64,000 bases of DNA from Candidatus Moanibacter sp. (GCA_965215885.1 CBDCEW010000098.1:1-64000), one strand, 5' to 3'. Positions 1-10,310 are shown, counted from the first letter of the stretch. The notes: generated from the letters alone by a model not told the origin. Translations and numbers: made by a program.

Positions 1-756
1 GAGAATCGCAACACCCTGGTCATCGATCTACGGCTGGCGGAGCGTTATTTCCCAGAAGGAAATGCTGAGGGCCAGTATCTCACCTTCTCCGGAATTCCGG
101 AAAACGACGAAGATTGGCCGGCCATCATTGGAGTCGCTAAGGATGTTCGCCATCTGGGATTGACCGATGAAAGTGGCCGCCCGTTTGCTTACGAGTGTAT
201 GTTTCAGCACGAACGGCGTGTTTTTAGTATTTTTCTTCGAAGCAAAAGAATGGAAAAAGATCTCCTACCGATCGTACGCCAAAAAATGCGGAAACTGGAC
301 CCTCAATTGCCCCTATTTCTGACCGGACAGATGGAATACTTCGTCAACAGGTTCCTAAGTAATCGCAAAACTGTATTGGTCCTAGTGGTAGCCATGGTCG
401 TCATCGCCTTGACCCTCATGTCAGTTGGAGTTTATGGAGTATTATCCTACGATGTCTCACAACAGAAGAGAGAGCTGAGTATTCGCATGGCCATCGGGGC
501 TAATAAGGTTAATATCGCTTGGCTCGTTCTGAATCGCGGATTGTTGCGAGTCGGTTTTGGGTTGGTTGTCGGTATTTTTGGGATATGGGTTCTGCGCCAG
601 TTTTTGCAATCTTTCCTGTTTGGCATCGAATCGATGGATTGGTCCTCGATTGTTATCACAATCTTCATTTTGGCAGCCGTTTCGTTTACGGCATGTTACA
701 TTCCCGCCCGGCGAGCAAGCCTGCTTGATCCGGCTGACGTGCTGAGGGAAATTTAG
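1..756 (+). CDS. ABC transporter permease (MacB/FtsX family), 5' partial
   Basis: Frame 1 is open from base 1; GVYGVLSYDVSQQKRELSIRMAIGA and C-terminal YIPARRASLLDPADVLR motifs; several TM segments. Confidence 0.9.
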   Translation, partial: ENRNTLVIDLRLAERYFPEGNAEGQYLTFSGIPENDEDWPAIIGVAKDVRHLGLTDESGRPFAYECMFQHERRVFSIFLRSKRMEKDLLPIVRQKMRKLDPQLPLFLTGQMEYFVNRFLSNRKTVLVLVVAMVVIALTLMSVGVYGVLSYDVSQQKRELSIRMAIGANKVNIAWLVLNRGLLRVGFGLVVGIFGIWVLRQFLQSFLFGIESMDWSSIVITIFILAAVSFTACYIPARRASLLDPADVLREI

Positions 757-997
757 ACGCCGACCGCCACGAAGTTAACAGGTCGAAAGACTAAAGAGAA
801 TTGAACAGAAGGAAACAAAGAGAAACGAAGAGTATGCCCACGGATGGCTCAGCAGTACCACGGATGCGGATTGATACGGTGGGGATTTGATGGTGTCATC
901 AGAAATTCTATGATCCGTCGAATTGTGGGAGGGACTCTTCGACACGGCGTTGCGCTGCGAAGACGGGTTTGCCTCGATACAAACCACGGTGTTCGAT

Positions 998-1095
998 CGC
1001 GGCATAAAGCCGCTCCTACATACCCTCCCGGGTTCTCTCAATCGTTCGAAGCCTCTAATCCCCGTCAGGTTGTAGGAGCGGCTTTATGCCGCGAT
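998..1095. repeat. GTAG-type REP doublet (cgcggcataaagccgctcctac / gtaggagcggctttatgccgcg)
   Basis: Perfect inverted pair, each a GTAG followed by a GC-rich hairpin. Confidence 0.85.
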
Positions 1096-1385
1096 CTGGA
1101 CATTCCAGCATCTCTATCCATTAAGCGACCATTGATAAAGCGATGGAGGATGCTGGCCATGAGAGTCTGGTAGGGAATTCCGTCTGCCACAGCAAGAGCT
1201 TGAATCTCTTCAAGATCCTTTGAGGAAATCCTTATGTTCACCCTGCGATCTTTTCGGAGCGTATTCCTGGCATATTGCTGGTGTCGTCTAACTTCGCGTT
1301 TGAGATTCTGTACAGATTTCCATTCGCCACGATCAACGGAAACCAGCAGTTCTTGTTCTTCCTTATTCAGTTTAATTTTCTTCAT
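1065..1385 (-). CDS. Antitoxin (CopG/BrnA-like), C-terminus reads into a REP
   Basis: KDRRVNIRISSKDLEEIQALAVADGIPYQTLMASILH motif; overlaps the upstream toxin. Confidence 0.85.
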   Translation of the reverse strand: MKKIKLNKEEQELLVSVDRGEWKSVQNLKREVRRHQQYARNTLRKDRRVNIRISSKDLEEIQALAVADGIPYQTLMASILHRFINGRLMDRDAGMSRSRHKAAPTT

Positions 1386-1659
1386 TTTTCTCTCCCAAAT
1401 ACAGCCGTGTCGCTTGGCGGCTGGGTATGATTGTTTTTAAGAAACGACCTCCTCTAGTTTCGACAAATGGTATCAAGTAAGCATATTCTTGAATGCACAC
1501 CACAAGAATCTGCTGATTGGGATATCTGACTTTGTTTGGGTGTTCATAGATATCGAGGATATCTCCACGCTCAAGGTGCAAGACAACCTGCTCAAAATTG
1601 ACCCCGCGTTCGGCTTTTAGTTGCTCATTCTTCACCTGATCCCATTGGTAGTAATCCAC
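1372..1659 (-). CDS. BrnT-family type II toxin
   Basis: WDQVKNEQLKAERGVNFE...HPNKVRYPNQ...FLKTIIPSR pattern; toxin-then-antitoxin order. Confidence 0.85.
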   Translation of the reverse strand: MDYYQWDQVKNEQLKAERGVNFEQVVLHLERGDILDIYEHPNKVRYPNQQILVVCIQEYAYLIPFVETRGGRFLKTIIPSRQATRLYLGEKNEEN

Positions 1660-1685
1660 AATCAGTTCTTAGCACATTGTGTGCT

Positions 1686-2285
1686 TTATGGAAACAATTC
1701 TTTTGATCCCGAAAGTCGAAGATTCCCAATCAGCCTCTTATCCGTCTCCTCGATCTCGGATAGCTCAGAGAGTAGTGCCTTTACAGCTTCCTCCGAGTAT
1801 TTCAGTTGAAACCGGAGCAGCTTGTCGCAGGCGCAGGCCATGTAGTGGTCAGCAGTCTCCGGCCTACCACGATATCCGTACTTCAAAGCCCCAACAACGT
1901 TCCAGAAAGCAGAGTTTGGAACAGACCAGTCGGGAAAGGGGTTCGGCCACTTTTCCCGGCAATCTCTGACGGATTTAACAACAATTTCCATCCGCCAGAA
2001 AATCGGGTGGTCGTAGAAGGCAACTCTCAGATCCTGAGCCATTCTATCGTCTTTGTATTCTGGATCGTACCTCACCGACAGGTTGCCGAACCGTCCGCGT
2101 AAGCGCCGTATGAGGCCATCGTAGAAATCCTTATCCAGTTCCCGGTCGACCTCTGCCTGGAGATCGACATCGCTGTATTCGTCCATCTGACCCGAAGCGA
2201 ATGATCCCCGAAAGGCTACTCTACCCGGAGCCAGATGCTCCTGGATTACGGAAAAAATCTCGTTTCCAAACTCTCGAATGGTCAT
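1686..2285 (-). CDS. Nucleotidyltransferase-domain protein
   Basis: RGSFASGQMDEYSDVDL (GS...DxD) pol-beta motif; ATGA coupling to the upstream gene. Confidence 0.8.
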   Translation of the reverse strand: MTIREFGNEIFSVIQEHLAPGRVAFRGSFASGQMDEYSDVDLQAEVDRELDKDFYDGLIRRLRGRFGNLSVRYDPEYKDDRMAQDLRVAFYDHPIFWRMEIVVKSVRDCREKWPNPFPDWSVPNSAFWNVVGALKYGYRGRPETADHYMACACDKLLRFQLKYSEEAVKALLSELSEIEETDKRLIGNLRLSGSKELFP

Positions 2286-2680
2286 CGTTCCTTGAGTTGC
2301 AACAGATCCCATAGATTACCGTACAAGTCCTTGAAAACCGCTACAGTGCCATAACTCTCGTCTTCGGGTTCACGGACAAAGACGACGTCCTTCTTCTTAA
2401 GAGCTCTGTAATCGCGCCAGAAATCATCTGTGTGAAGGAACATAAATACTCGACCACCTGTTTGGTTTCCGATGCTAGCGGATTGTTCCGATCCGACCGC
2501 ACGCGCCAGTAACAATCGCGTTTCAGTAGAACCAGGCGGGGCAACCAATACCCAGCGTTTATTCTGCGTTTCAAGGATTGTGTCTTCGATCAAACGAAAG
2601 CCGAGAACATCAACATAGAACCTGATTGCTTCGTCGTAATCCCTCACGATAAGCGAAACGTAGCCGATTGACTGTTTCAT
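2282..2680 (-). CDS. VOC/glyoxalase family protein
   Basis: VRDYDEAIRFY...YGTVAVFKDLYGNLWDL. Confidence 0.9.
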   Translation of the reverse strand: MKQSIGYVSLIVRDYDEAIRFYVDVLGFRLIEDTILETQNKRWVLVAPPGSTETRLLLARAVGSEQSASIGNQTGGRVFMFLHTDDFWRDYRALKKKDVVFVREPEDESYGTVAVFKDLYGNLWDLLQLKER

Positions 2681-3123
2681 TGCCCGCCTTGAAAGGGTTC
2701 GTCCGGCTCAAGACGCTTCCCCATGCTGACTACCTCGTCGACCTTGAAGCCTATACTTTTGTAAAATTCGATAACATCCTGATTCCTTGCCCTGATCTGC
2801 AAGTTGATTTTGGGACAACCCGCATCGGACAAGAGCCTTTCTGCCTCTCTCATCATTTCTGCCGCATACCCTCTTCTTTGGTAACGAGGGGAGACAGCCA
2901 GGTAATTGATCCAACCCCGATGACCTTCATAACCGGCCATGCAGGAGGCGATCAGGTCTCCGTCGAATTCACCCACCAGGAACCACTCGGGATTCACCTT
3001 GCTCTTTCTCTCGATGTCCCGAATCGGATTATTGTGGGATACAACCAAGCCGCAATCGACCCAGAGTTGAATGACTCTCTCCTGGTCGGTGGGTTGGTAG
3101 GTTCGTATTTGGAGATTACTCAA
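2677..3123 (-). CDS. GNAT acetyltransferase (YpeA-like)
   Basis: GYEGHRGWINYLAVSPRYQRRGYA...KINLQIR...FYKSIGF; TTG start inferred. Confidence 0.85.
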   Translation of the reverse strand: MSNLQIRTYQPTDQERVIQLWVDCGLVVSHNNPIRDIERKSKVNPEWFLVGEFDGDLIASCMAGYEGHRGWINYLAVSPRYQRRGYAAEMMREAERLLSDAGCPKINLQIRARNQDVIEFYKSIGFKVDEVVSMGKRLEPDEPFQGGQ

Positions 3124-3209
3124 TTTGCTATGTTGCGTAGAATAGCGCTCGAGCTCACAGGTCAAAGAAATTGATTCTGCTGAAATAGTTCTCGACTCGG
3201 GATCCTCGA

Positions 3210-3282
3210 CCACGTTCTTGCGAACGCGGCTACAAATATCAACGACTTCCGAAGCACAGTAGCCGCGTTCGCAAGAACGTGG
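3210..3282. repeat. GTAG-type REP doublet (ccacgttcttgcgaacgcggctac and its reverse complement)
   Basis: Inverted pair seen directly; related copies at 39436-39527 and ~52497-52520. Confidence 0.8.
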
Positions 3283-3304
3283 TAGTGCTAAGCAAAACCA
3301 TTCC

Positions 3305-3650
3305 CTCTCCTATCATGCCTCACAATCGTGATCTCCCTGTCTTCCTCTTTCGAATTTAGATAACGATTATGATCACGACTGAGGGTCATAACGGTTCCCT
3401 TCTCCCTTCGTGGCTCTCAATCGTGATCTCCCAGTCGATTTTCTTACTTTCGACTTTAGATTACGATTATGATTCACGACAAGAAGATCGAAGCGATATC
3501 CCTCTTTCGTCGTGTCTCTCAATCGTGATCTCCTAGTCGATTTTCTCTTTTCGACTTTAGATCACGATTATGATTCACGATGAGAAGATCGATGCGGCAC
3601 CCCTCTCCCATCGTGGTTCTCAATCGCGATCTCCCAGTCGATCTTCTCTA
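3305..3650. repeat. BIME-like tandem array, ~3.5 units of ~100 bp (caatcgtgatctccc...agattacgattatgattcacga)
   Basis: Unit starts near 3323, 3418, 3520 and 3621; each unit is an imperfect palindrome. Confidence 0.9.
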
Positions 3651-3660
3651 TGGCCTCCGC

Positions 3661-4191
3661 CTAATCCCTGTCCTTAGACTTCGGGGCGCAAGCCGAAGTC
3701 CTCAAGTTTTCCCTCAGTTTATCTATCTTAAGCACCACAAACTCCATGCCGTCACTCTTCCTCGGGAACCTTTGATCTTCCTGAAAACCGATCCGTCGAT
3801 GAACTTTCAATGCCCTTTCATTGAATTCGGCGACAGTCACACGGAACCGCTCCGTTTCGAACTGCTCGGATCCAAACTGAAGGGCTTTTACAATTATCTC
3901 GGCTCCCAACCCCTTACCGGTCAGATCCGGTCTCGACCCGCCACCCGTGTCCAAATAGGAGTCATCGTAGCTTCCGCCGTCTACCCGCCCGTCTTCGCCG
4001 AAAGAGCGAAACCCGACAAGACAGCCTTCGTCGAGGACAGCAAAGAACCTGTTTCTTTCATTGATAAGATAATCGACAGCTTTTTCTCGATCATCAGCAG
4101 CGTAGTTATAGAGATCATACGGCGCCTCATAGCGCCAGGAAACGATTTCGCTGGCGTATTTTTGCGACATTGGCTCGAAGGTTAGGTTCAT
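3661..4191 (-). CDS. GNAT acetyltransferase (RimJ/RimL-like)
   Basis: WRYEAPYDLYN...RPDLTGKGLG...FNERALKV..RIGF. Confidence 0.85.
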   Translation of the reverse strand: MNLTFEPMSQKYASEIVSWRYEAPYDLYNYAADDREKAVDYLINERNRFFAVLDEGCLVGFRSFGEDGRVDGGSYDDSYLDTGGGSRPDLTGKGLGAEIIVKALQFGSEQFETERFRVTVAEFNERALKVHRRIGFQEDQRFPRKSDGMEFVVLKIDKLRENLRTSACAPKSKDRD

Positions 4192-4232
4192 GCTTCTCAA
4201 GAAAGGTTTTTTCCGTGACAATTTGAATTTGA

Positions 4233-5715
4233 GCCTCGTCAGCAGAATCTGTGGGTTATTTCGGGTTCAGGCAAGTCGCCCATGGTATGAAATAGGGCGA
4301 TCTTAAGCACTTCGAAGCTCTTAAAGCCGTATGCTTTTCTGATAGTGAGATTTATATTGCGGTTAAAGCCCTCCACAATGCCGCAGGAAAAGGCCTTTTT
4401 GGCCCGAAACCAGTTGAGGATGAGCGGCTCGTGTTTGCGCACCGAGCGCACGAACCTTTTGATCGGTTTGAGGCGCGAACGCATGGCGCGCGTGCACCAT
4501 TTTTTCAGATACCATTGGGCCCAGTAGGGACTTTTATAATGCCACAAGAGCTGAAAGCTCTCCTTTAGTAGATAGGCCCGCACGCTCTTCAGATCGTATT
4601 GGAGCACCTCCTTGAGGCGGATCTGTTGGGTGGGGGTGAGATTTTGCGGATTTTTCAAGAAACAGTATTTGCTTTTGACCAGCACGTTGATGTAGCCGTC
4701 CCGTTGCAATCGCCTGGCTTCCGCAGCACGAATCTCATTGAGGGCCTTGTTCAGGTTGGCTACCAAGTGGAAGCGATCGAGGATGTGCAGCGCCTGGGGT
4801 GCCTTTTTCTTGATCACTTTGAGGTAAGGCTTCCACAGATCCGAGCAGACGTAGAGGATCTGGCTGCTCTTTTGCGCTCCCAATTCCCAGAAAAAACGCA
4901 AGAGCGATTTTACGTTGCGCTTATTGAATACGCCCAATAGCCGCCGCCGCCCCTCGTCAAGCTGGTAGACCACGGTGAGATAGTGATGGCCTCGATGATA
5001 CTGCACCTCATCGACTCCGATCGCCTCAATCCCGCTCATATCGCGCCGTTTGAGCCCCCAACGCACCATCGCCTCGACCGACTCGAAGACGTTGCGCCAG
5101 TTCGTGCGAAAAACCCTTGCCGTCTCTTCCCAGCTCAAGCGCCTCGCCCACTGGGCCAGAAACCATTGCATTGGCCAACTCAGATGACTCTTGCCCTTGG
5201 CCCAGGGCACCTCTTCGACCTTCACCCCGCACCGCCGGCAATTGACCCGCCGCATGCGGTAACGAAAATACACCTTCATCCCCCACAAGGGCACAAATTC
5301 AAAATGCCTCGCCTCGCTCATGTGGTCGTAGCCGCTGGCCGTCCGGCCACACCCCGAACAGCACACCCGACTATTCTTGCGCGGCTCAATCTGCACCACA
5401 ATCGCCTCCTCCGATTTCACCATTTCCATACTCGCCTTTGCGTAAACAAAGCTCTTGAGCCAATAGCACCGATTCAGTAGCGTTTTGATGAGCACTGGGT
5501 CCTCCGTGTTCAGGATGTATTTTCGGTACTACTTTCATCCTCGGAACGGCCCGGTGCTTCAACCTTTCAATCCCATATGCAAAGAAAACACCGACCAGCC
5601 CCTCCGGCTGTGGAGGAGCGGGTTTCAGGGCAGCGCCCTGACTTCTCCTTGTGCTCACCGACTCTATTTCCTCTTGTAAGCGACGTTACCCACCCACAGA
5701 TTCTGCTGTAGACCC
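4233..5715 (-). mobile_element. ISL3-family insertion sequence (1483 bp)
   Basis: 24-bp imperfect IRs (GCCTCGTCAGCAGAATCTGTGGGT / GGGTCTACAGCAGAATCTGTGGGT); 8-bp target duplication GAATTTGA at 4225-4232 and 5716-5723. Confidence 0.95.
4239..5495 (-). CDS. ISL3-family transposase
   Basis: CxxC zinc finger, GVDE, CSDLW, LDRFH, VEGFN...RKAYGF. Confidence 0.95.
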   Translation of the reverse strand: MLIKTLLNRCYWLKSFVYAKASMEMVKSEEAIVVQIEPRKNSRVCCSGCGRTASGYDHMSEARHFEFVPLWGMKVYFRYRMRRVNCRRCGVKVEEVPWAKGKSHLSWPMQWFLAQWARRLSWEETARVFRTNWRNVFESVEAMVRWGLKRRDMSGIEAIGVDEVQYHRGHHYLTVVYQLDEGRRRLLGVFNKRNVKSLLRFFWELGAQKSSQILYVCSDLWKPYLKVIKKKAPQALHILDRFHLVANLNKALNEIRAAEARRLQRDGYINVLVKSKYCFLKNPQNLTPTQQIRLKEVLQYDLKSVRAYLLKESFQLLWHYKSPYWAQWYLKKWCTRAMRSRLKPIKRFVRSVRKHEPLILNWFRAKKAFSCGIVEGFNRNINLTIRKAYGFKSFEVLKIALFHTMGDLPEPEITHRFC

Positions 5716-5834
5716 GAATTTGATAATTCTCTAAGAGACACCTCGGAGGTCGACAGCCGATTTCAAAGCACAGAATGAGTTAGATTTCCCGTATTTGCGG
5801 CTGTCGTTCAATTCTTCTCTCTGTTTCCTTCTGT

Positions 5835-6677
5835 TCAATTCTCTTGTTCAAAGCTGGTCTTCATCATGATGTAGTTATACGCGATTCCCAAACCACATGA
5901 TTGCAGGGTTGACGCGCTTTTAGCATCAATATCTGAGACGGAGAATATCCTAGAACATCCCGCATCCCTGGCATCTTCAATCCGTCTCCGGATTAACGCA
6001 GTGTGACAACCCCGCCGTCGATACCGTTCATTAGTAAATCCCCACACCAGATATCCAATTTGGTCTTTGATGAATAGTCTCGCGATGGCAATTGGGGTCT
6101 CATCCACCGAAGCGATATAGTTCCTCCAAATGCCAATTGACTGACTGAATTTGAGGTATGTTTTCGCCGTTTCACTCTCGATTTTTTCCTGAACTTTCAA
6201 CTCCAGGGGATAGAACTGGTCGACTTCGTCTGATGAGTACTGGTCGATACGGATGGACTGGTTTGCGCGCTCGGTACTGGAATCATTGCTTTCATCGTAG
6301 ATCCATACGCAGCGCATCTCTCCAACTTGAAACCCTCGTGCGATTAAGTGAGGTAAAATCATATGCTCCCAGAAGGGATGCTGACTCCGGCTGAAATTCG
6401 AAGGGTTGATTTCGATGAAACAGGCGTCTGAATTCTCCTTGAAGTGAGCGATAATCTCATCGAGCAACTCGAAGGATTCGTTTCCGATTAGGATGGCGCG
6501 ACTTGCAAAATTGGCCTTTTTTTGCAGGAAGGTGCGGGTCTCGCCGAATTTCTTGATCACTACTCCGTAGGGATCGCCAGGAATCCGGCTCAGGCCGGTA
6601 AATATCGCCTCAATGTGATCGGCATGCGCCTGTTGCAGCTGTCGAATGCTATAGCGGTTATGTTTGAATTCCCTCAT
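5835..6677 (-). CDS. GNAT-domain protein
   Basis: C-terminal TNERYRRRGCHTALIRRRIEDA acetyl-CoA motif A. Confidence 0.8.
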   Translation of the reverse strand: MREFKHNRYSIRQLQQAHADHIEAIFTGLSRIPGDPYGVVIKKFGETRTFLQKKANFASRAILIGNESFELLDEIIAHFKENSDACFIEINPSNFSRSQHPFWEHMILPHLIARGFQVGEMRCVWIYDESNDSSTERANQSIRIDQYSSDEVDQFYPLELKVQEKIESETAKTYLKFSQSIGIWRNYIASVDETPIAIARLFIKDQIGYLVWGFTNERYRRRGCHTALIRRRIEDARDAGCSRIFSVSDIDAKSASTLQSCGLGIAYNYIMMKTSFEQEN

Positions 6678-6730
6678 TACTGATGGTGTGTCTAATTTTT
6701 CTGTATATCAGGATGTGCTCGACCCTCGTA

Positions 6731-7531
6731 TCATTCCTTCGGGCGATGAGCGCAGTAGGTAATGCTTGCACTACTGCCACTGGCTGGTTCATCGGAATGG
6801 TTTCCATAGAATCGAATGTCCGTATATCCAAGGCTCTCCAGCATCATGACGAATTCTTGTTTGAAGTACCAGCGGGTATGCATCGTATGCAGTTCGGTGC
6901 GTCGGATTTTCCCGTTGACGTGCAATTCATATTGACGCTTCACAACTCTAACCTGTTCGAAGCAATCGAGGGACTCCACCCAGTTTTGCACATGAATCTC
7001 ACCTTCGCCCGCTGGCCGCGAATGAGGTTGCCATGACCAGCGCGTTCCTAACGGTTTACCGTAATCCCGGCCAATGACATCTGAAGGGACAAATAGATCG
7101 ACCAGCAACTGGCCGCCAGGGACAAGATGACTCTGAAACCGCTGGAGCGCCTCTATTGCAAGGGCTCGATCGCCAATTAATTGAAATGATCCGCCGACGA
7201 TAAAGATCATTTTATAGCGATCAGGAAGGTCGAGCCCCTCCATTGATTGTCTGTGTAACTGTGGCGTAACACTGTTCTGTTCTGCCGCGAGCCGAGCGAA
7301 CCGCAGCGCATCTTTTGATGTGTCGGCTCCTTCGACTGGTAGGCCGCGAATAACCAAGGGAATCAGATGTCGACCGGCGCCGCATGCGAGTTCCAGGGCT
7401 GTTCCACCCTGTTCACGGATTCGACGTTCGTAGAAATCGACTTGCTTCTCAGGGTAATTGAAAGGTGAGTAGAGGCACTCAGCCGCAAGACTGTCATAGC
7501 TCTTGCTAAGCAAAAATGATGGTTCAGACAT
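6731..7531 (-). CDS. Class I SAM-dependent methyltransferase
   Basis: LELACGAGR motif I; HLVPGGQLLVD. Confidence 0.9.
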   Translation of the reverse strand: MSEPSFLLSKSYDSLAAECLYSPFNYPEKQVDFYERRIREQGGTALELACGAGRHLIPLVIRGLPVEGADTSKDALRFARLAAEQNSVTPQLHRQSMEGLDLPDRYKMIFIVGGSFQLIGDRALAIEALQRFQSHLVPGGQLLVDLFVPSDVIGRDYGKPLGTRWSWQPHSRPAGEGEIHVQNWVESLDCFEQVRVVKRQYELHVNGKIRRTELHTMHTRWYFKQEFVMMLESLGYTDIRFYGNHSDEPASGSSASITYCAHRPKE

Positions 7532-7764
7532 AGTATGATCCTAATTACGGTTAGAAGGGAGAGAAGGCATCTCCAGGCGAAACTCTGATTCATTTTACCG
7601 TGATCGATCACGGAACGAAGAACCGGTTTCGGGAAATGCGTGGGCATACAAAAAATCGCTTCGCAAAAGCGTTTTTTCAGTATGCGGGACAGCTATGGAT
7701 CAACCGTGCGTCATGATGGGAACCAAAAATCACCGAACTGTGAGAAGGTCCAGGAGAAAGCCTC

Positions 7765-8312
7765 CTCTCCTATCGTGTCTCTCAATCCATTCGACGGGCT
7801 CATGGCAGGCTGTGATCTTCCAGTCGAACTTCCCTCATTCGATTTTAGATTGCGATTATGGTGCACAACAGAAGATTGATTGGGATTCCGCTCTTCCACC
7901 GTGATTCATAATCGTAATCTCCCGTCGATCTTTTCTTCTTCGACTTTAGATTACGATTATGATGCACGACGAAAGATTGAACCGGTTTCCCGTCTCCCAT
8001 CGTGACTCTCAATCGTGATCTCCTTGTCGATCTTTCTTCTTCGACTTTAGATTACGATTATGATGCACGACAGAAGATTGATTGAGTTTCCGCTCTTCCA
8101 TCGTGGCTCTCAATCGTGATCTCCCACTCGATCTTCCCTCTTTCGACTTAAGATTGCGATTATGATTCGCGACATGGAAGACTGAAGTGGTACCCGCTCC
8201 CGTCGTGGTTCTCAATCGTGATCTCCCAGTCGATCTTCCCTCTTTCGACTTTGGATTACAGCATGCCATGAGCCCGTCGAATGGATTATGATTCACGACA
8301 GGAAGATTGAAG
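7765..8312. repeat. Second BIME-like array of the same ~100-bp family, 5 units
   Basis: Same aatcgtgatct...agattacgattatg units; first and last units carry a 24-nt insertion in inverted orientation. Confidence 0.9.
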
Positions 8313-8334
8313 CGGCAGGCCAGGACGGGGATTC

Positions 8335-9076
8335 TTATTCTTCTTTTGTAATCTTATAGACAACCTCGTCCAAGATACCTCCGCTCATTGTCTCTACCCT
8401 GTTCTCTTCATAAACGGTTCCACCGAGTGATTCCGCTATCTTCCGGCTGGGAATATTCGCTCGATCGACCGGATAGCGCAGGTAATCGAAGTCGACATTC
8501 TCAACCGTCCATTGAACCAGGAAATTGATGGCTTCCCTTCCATACCTGTTACCGTGGGCTCCACTCTTCAACCAGATGCCTAGCCCGGACATTTCACACA
8601 CTTCGTAGCGAGACTGCGTAGATAATTGCGTATCAAAACCTTTCCGCAGGCCGGCGGACGACAGCGTGTTGAAACCCTCTGCGGTCGCTGGGCAAGGGAT
8701 GACTTTGAGACGCTGTAAGATCCGCGGTTGTAGCAGAAGGTTTGTGAATTGTTCGGGCTAGCTCCGGCTTCCGAGGATCCTCTTTTCCATGGAGACCACA
8801 ACAACCCAGAAATTCCTCGTTCTCCTTCTCCAAAACGGCAAAAACCAACTCCCGGCAATCTTCCATGCCTTTTCTGGAGGTAGAGATGAAGGCCAACACT
8901 TCCTCAATACTCTCAGCCGGTTTGGGAAACATGTACCGTGTAATCTCCTCGGTGAATTCCTCCCGCATCTCCGATGCATAGGTCTCATTGATGGATCGAA
9001 GCCGAATGCGATCACCGTTGAGGCAGAGTGATGTCGGATCCACTTCAATTTTGAGACTGAAGCTCCTTTCTTCCAT
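8335..9076 (-). pseudogene. RimJ/RimL-type GNAT interrupted by a MITE
   Basis: Removing 8584-8757 plus one CTAG restores ...RKPEL-GIWLKSGAHGNRYG in frame. Confidence 0.9.
8584..8757. mobile_element. 174-bp MITE with CCCGGACATTTCACA / CCCGAACAATTCACA IRs (IS1380-like ends)
   Basis: 15-bp imperfect IR; CTAG duplication at 8580-8583 and 8758-8761; family assignment is inference. Confidence 0.85.
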
Positions 9077-9334
9077 TCAAAATCGGGGCTAGCACACTGA
9101 CCGGAAAAAATTCAAAATCGTACCCATAAACCGAAAACGCAGCCGCATTCCATTTCGGCCGCAACAGTCTTCGTCCTGCTGCGCGAACTGCGCCCAGTCA
9201 AGAGCGGCCTTCCTACAGAAGTTATGCAATTCGTAGGAAGCTCGCTCTTGACACGGCGCAGGCCGAAGGCCGGAGACGGTTGCGAGCGATACCTTCTTAG
9301 CGCTACTCCAGTCTCACGTTGGACCCTCAACACA

Positions 9335-9745
9335 TCACTCCGGAAGCTGCGCACCGACTTTCTGAACCTCTTCGTAGGGTTGCAGCCAAGCGGTCGACTC
9401 ATCGTGCATGTCGACTACCTGAATCCGGTTACCCCAAGGGTCGCGGAAATCGCACCGAAATGGCGGAATCACTTCCAGTCCGTATTTCTTCGTAATCTTC
9501 TCACGGACCTCGGCGACCTGGGCATCGTCACGCACCATAAGACCGAAGTGCCTGTGATCGTCAACATGAGGCCTATCGGAATGAAAGAGCGCGAAGAACT
9601 GGTGATTGCCGAGTTGGAAAAAGGCATCCCCCTCCCCTTCACTCTTCCGTTCCAGATTGAAGACATCGGTATAGAATTCGATCGCTCGCTCGAGATCACC
9701 GACCTCGAGAACGATGTGGTTGCAGCCAAAGACGTGAACAGGCAT
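9335..9745 (-). CDS. VOC/glyoxalase family protein
   Basis: NHIVLEVGDLERAIEFY...HFGL...FRDPWGNRIQ. Confidence 0.9.
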   Translation of the reverse strand: MPVHVFGCNHIVLEVGDLERAIEFYTDVFNLERKSEGEGDAFFQLGNHQFFALFHSDRPHVDDHRHFGLMVRDDAQVAEVREKITKKYGLEVIPPFRCDFRDPWGNRIQVVDMHDESTAWLQPYEEVQKVGAQLPE

Positions 9746-9859
9746 TGGATTTTCTCCTTCTATTTTAGAATCGTGGACGACAAATATCGAAATCAATCGA
9801 GTGTCCGTACCGATCTTACCTGCGCAGGGCACCAACACAAGTAAAACCAACTTTCCATC

Positions 9860-10078
9860 GAAGTATTAGCGAGGCTACGATACACCCACGCGGATCATTG
9901 AGCAGATCGAATCCCCCAATTTGGAAACCTCGTTCTGGACTACCTGGTTTCATCGACGGACAAATCAATCCGCGGTTTTCCCTGGCTCGGAATCAAAATA
10001 CCGTGGAAGTATTAGCGAGGCTACGATACACCCACGCGGATCATTGAGCAGATCGAATCCCCCAATTTGGAAACCTCG
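9860..10078 (+). repeat. Perfect 73-bp direct repeat (9860-9932, 10006-10078)
   Basis: Identical copies read directly, separated by 73 bp. Confidence 0.95.
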
Positions 10079-10310
10079 CATCTGGCTCAGCGGGAGAAGA
10101 CGGCTCGAATCCGTGGTCAATTCTCTTTCATTCGCGACAATTCGCGTTGTCTGCAGTACGGCAGACCGGTTCCTCTCTTCTCTTCCCTTCTCGTTCAGAG
10201 AACTTTCCCTCTTCCCATCAGTAGTACAAGGGAGTCCCGGCAGGGTCTTCCTCTCCCCCTTTGCGTCTTTGCGGCTTTGCGTGAGAATTCTTTCCTCTAC
10301 TAACGCACCG

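Noticed and set aside
3305..8312. CRISPR array interpretation of the ~100-bp repeats (also 58896-60155)
   Set aside because: Repeats are long and degenerate, linkers are homologous rather than unique spacers, and no cas genes are present.
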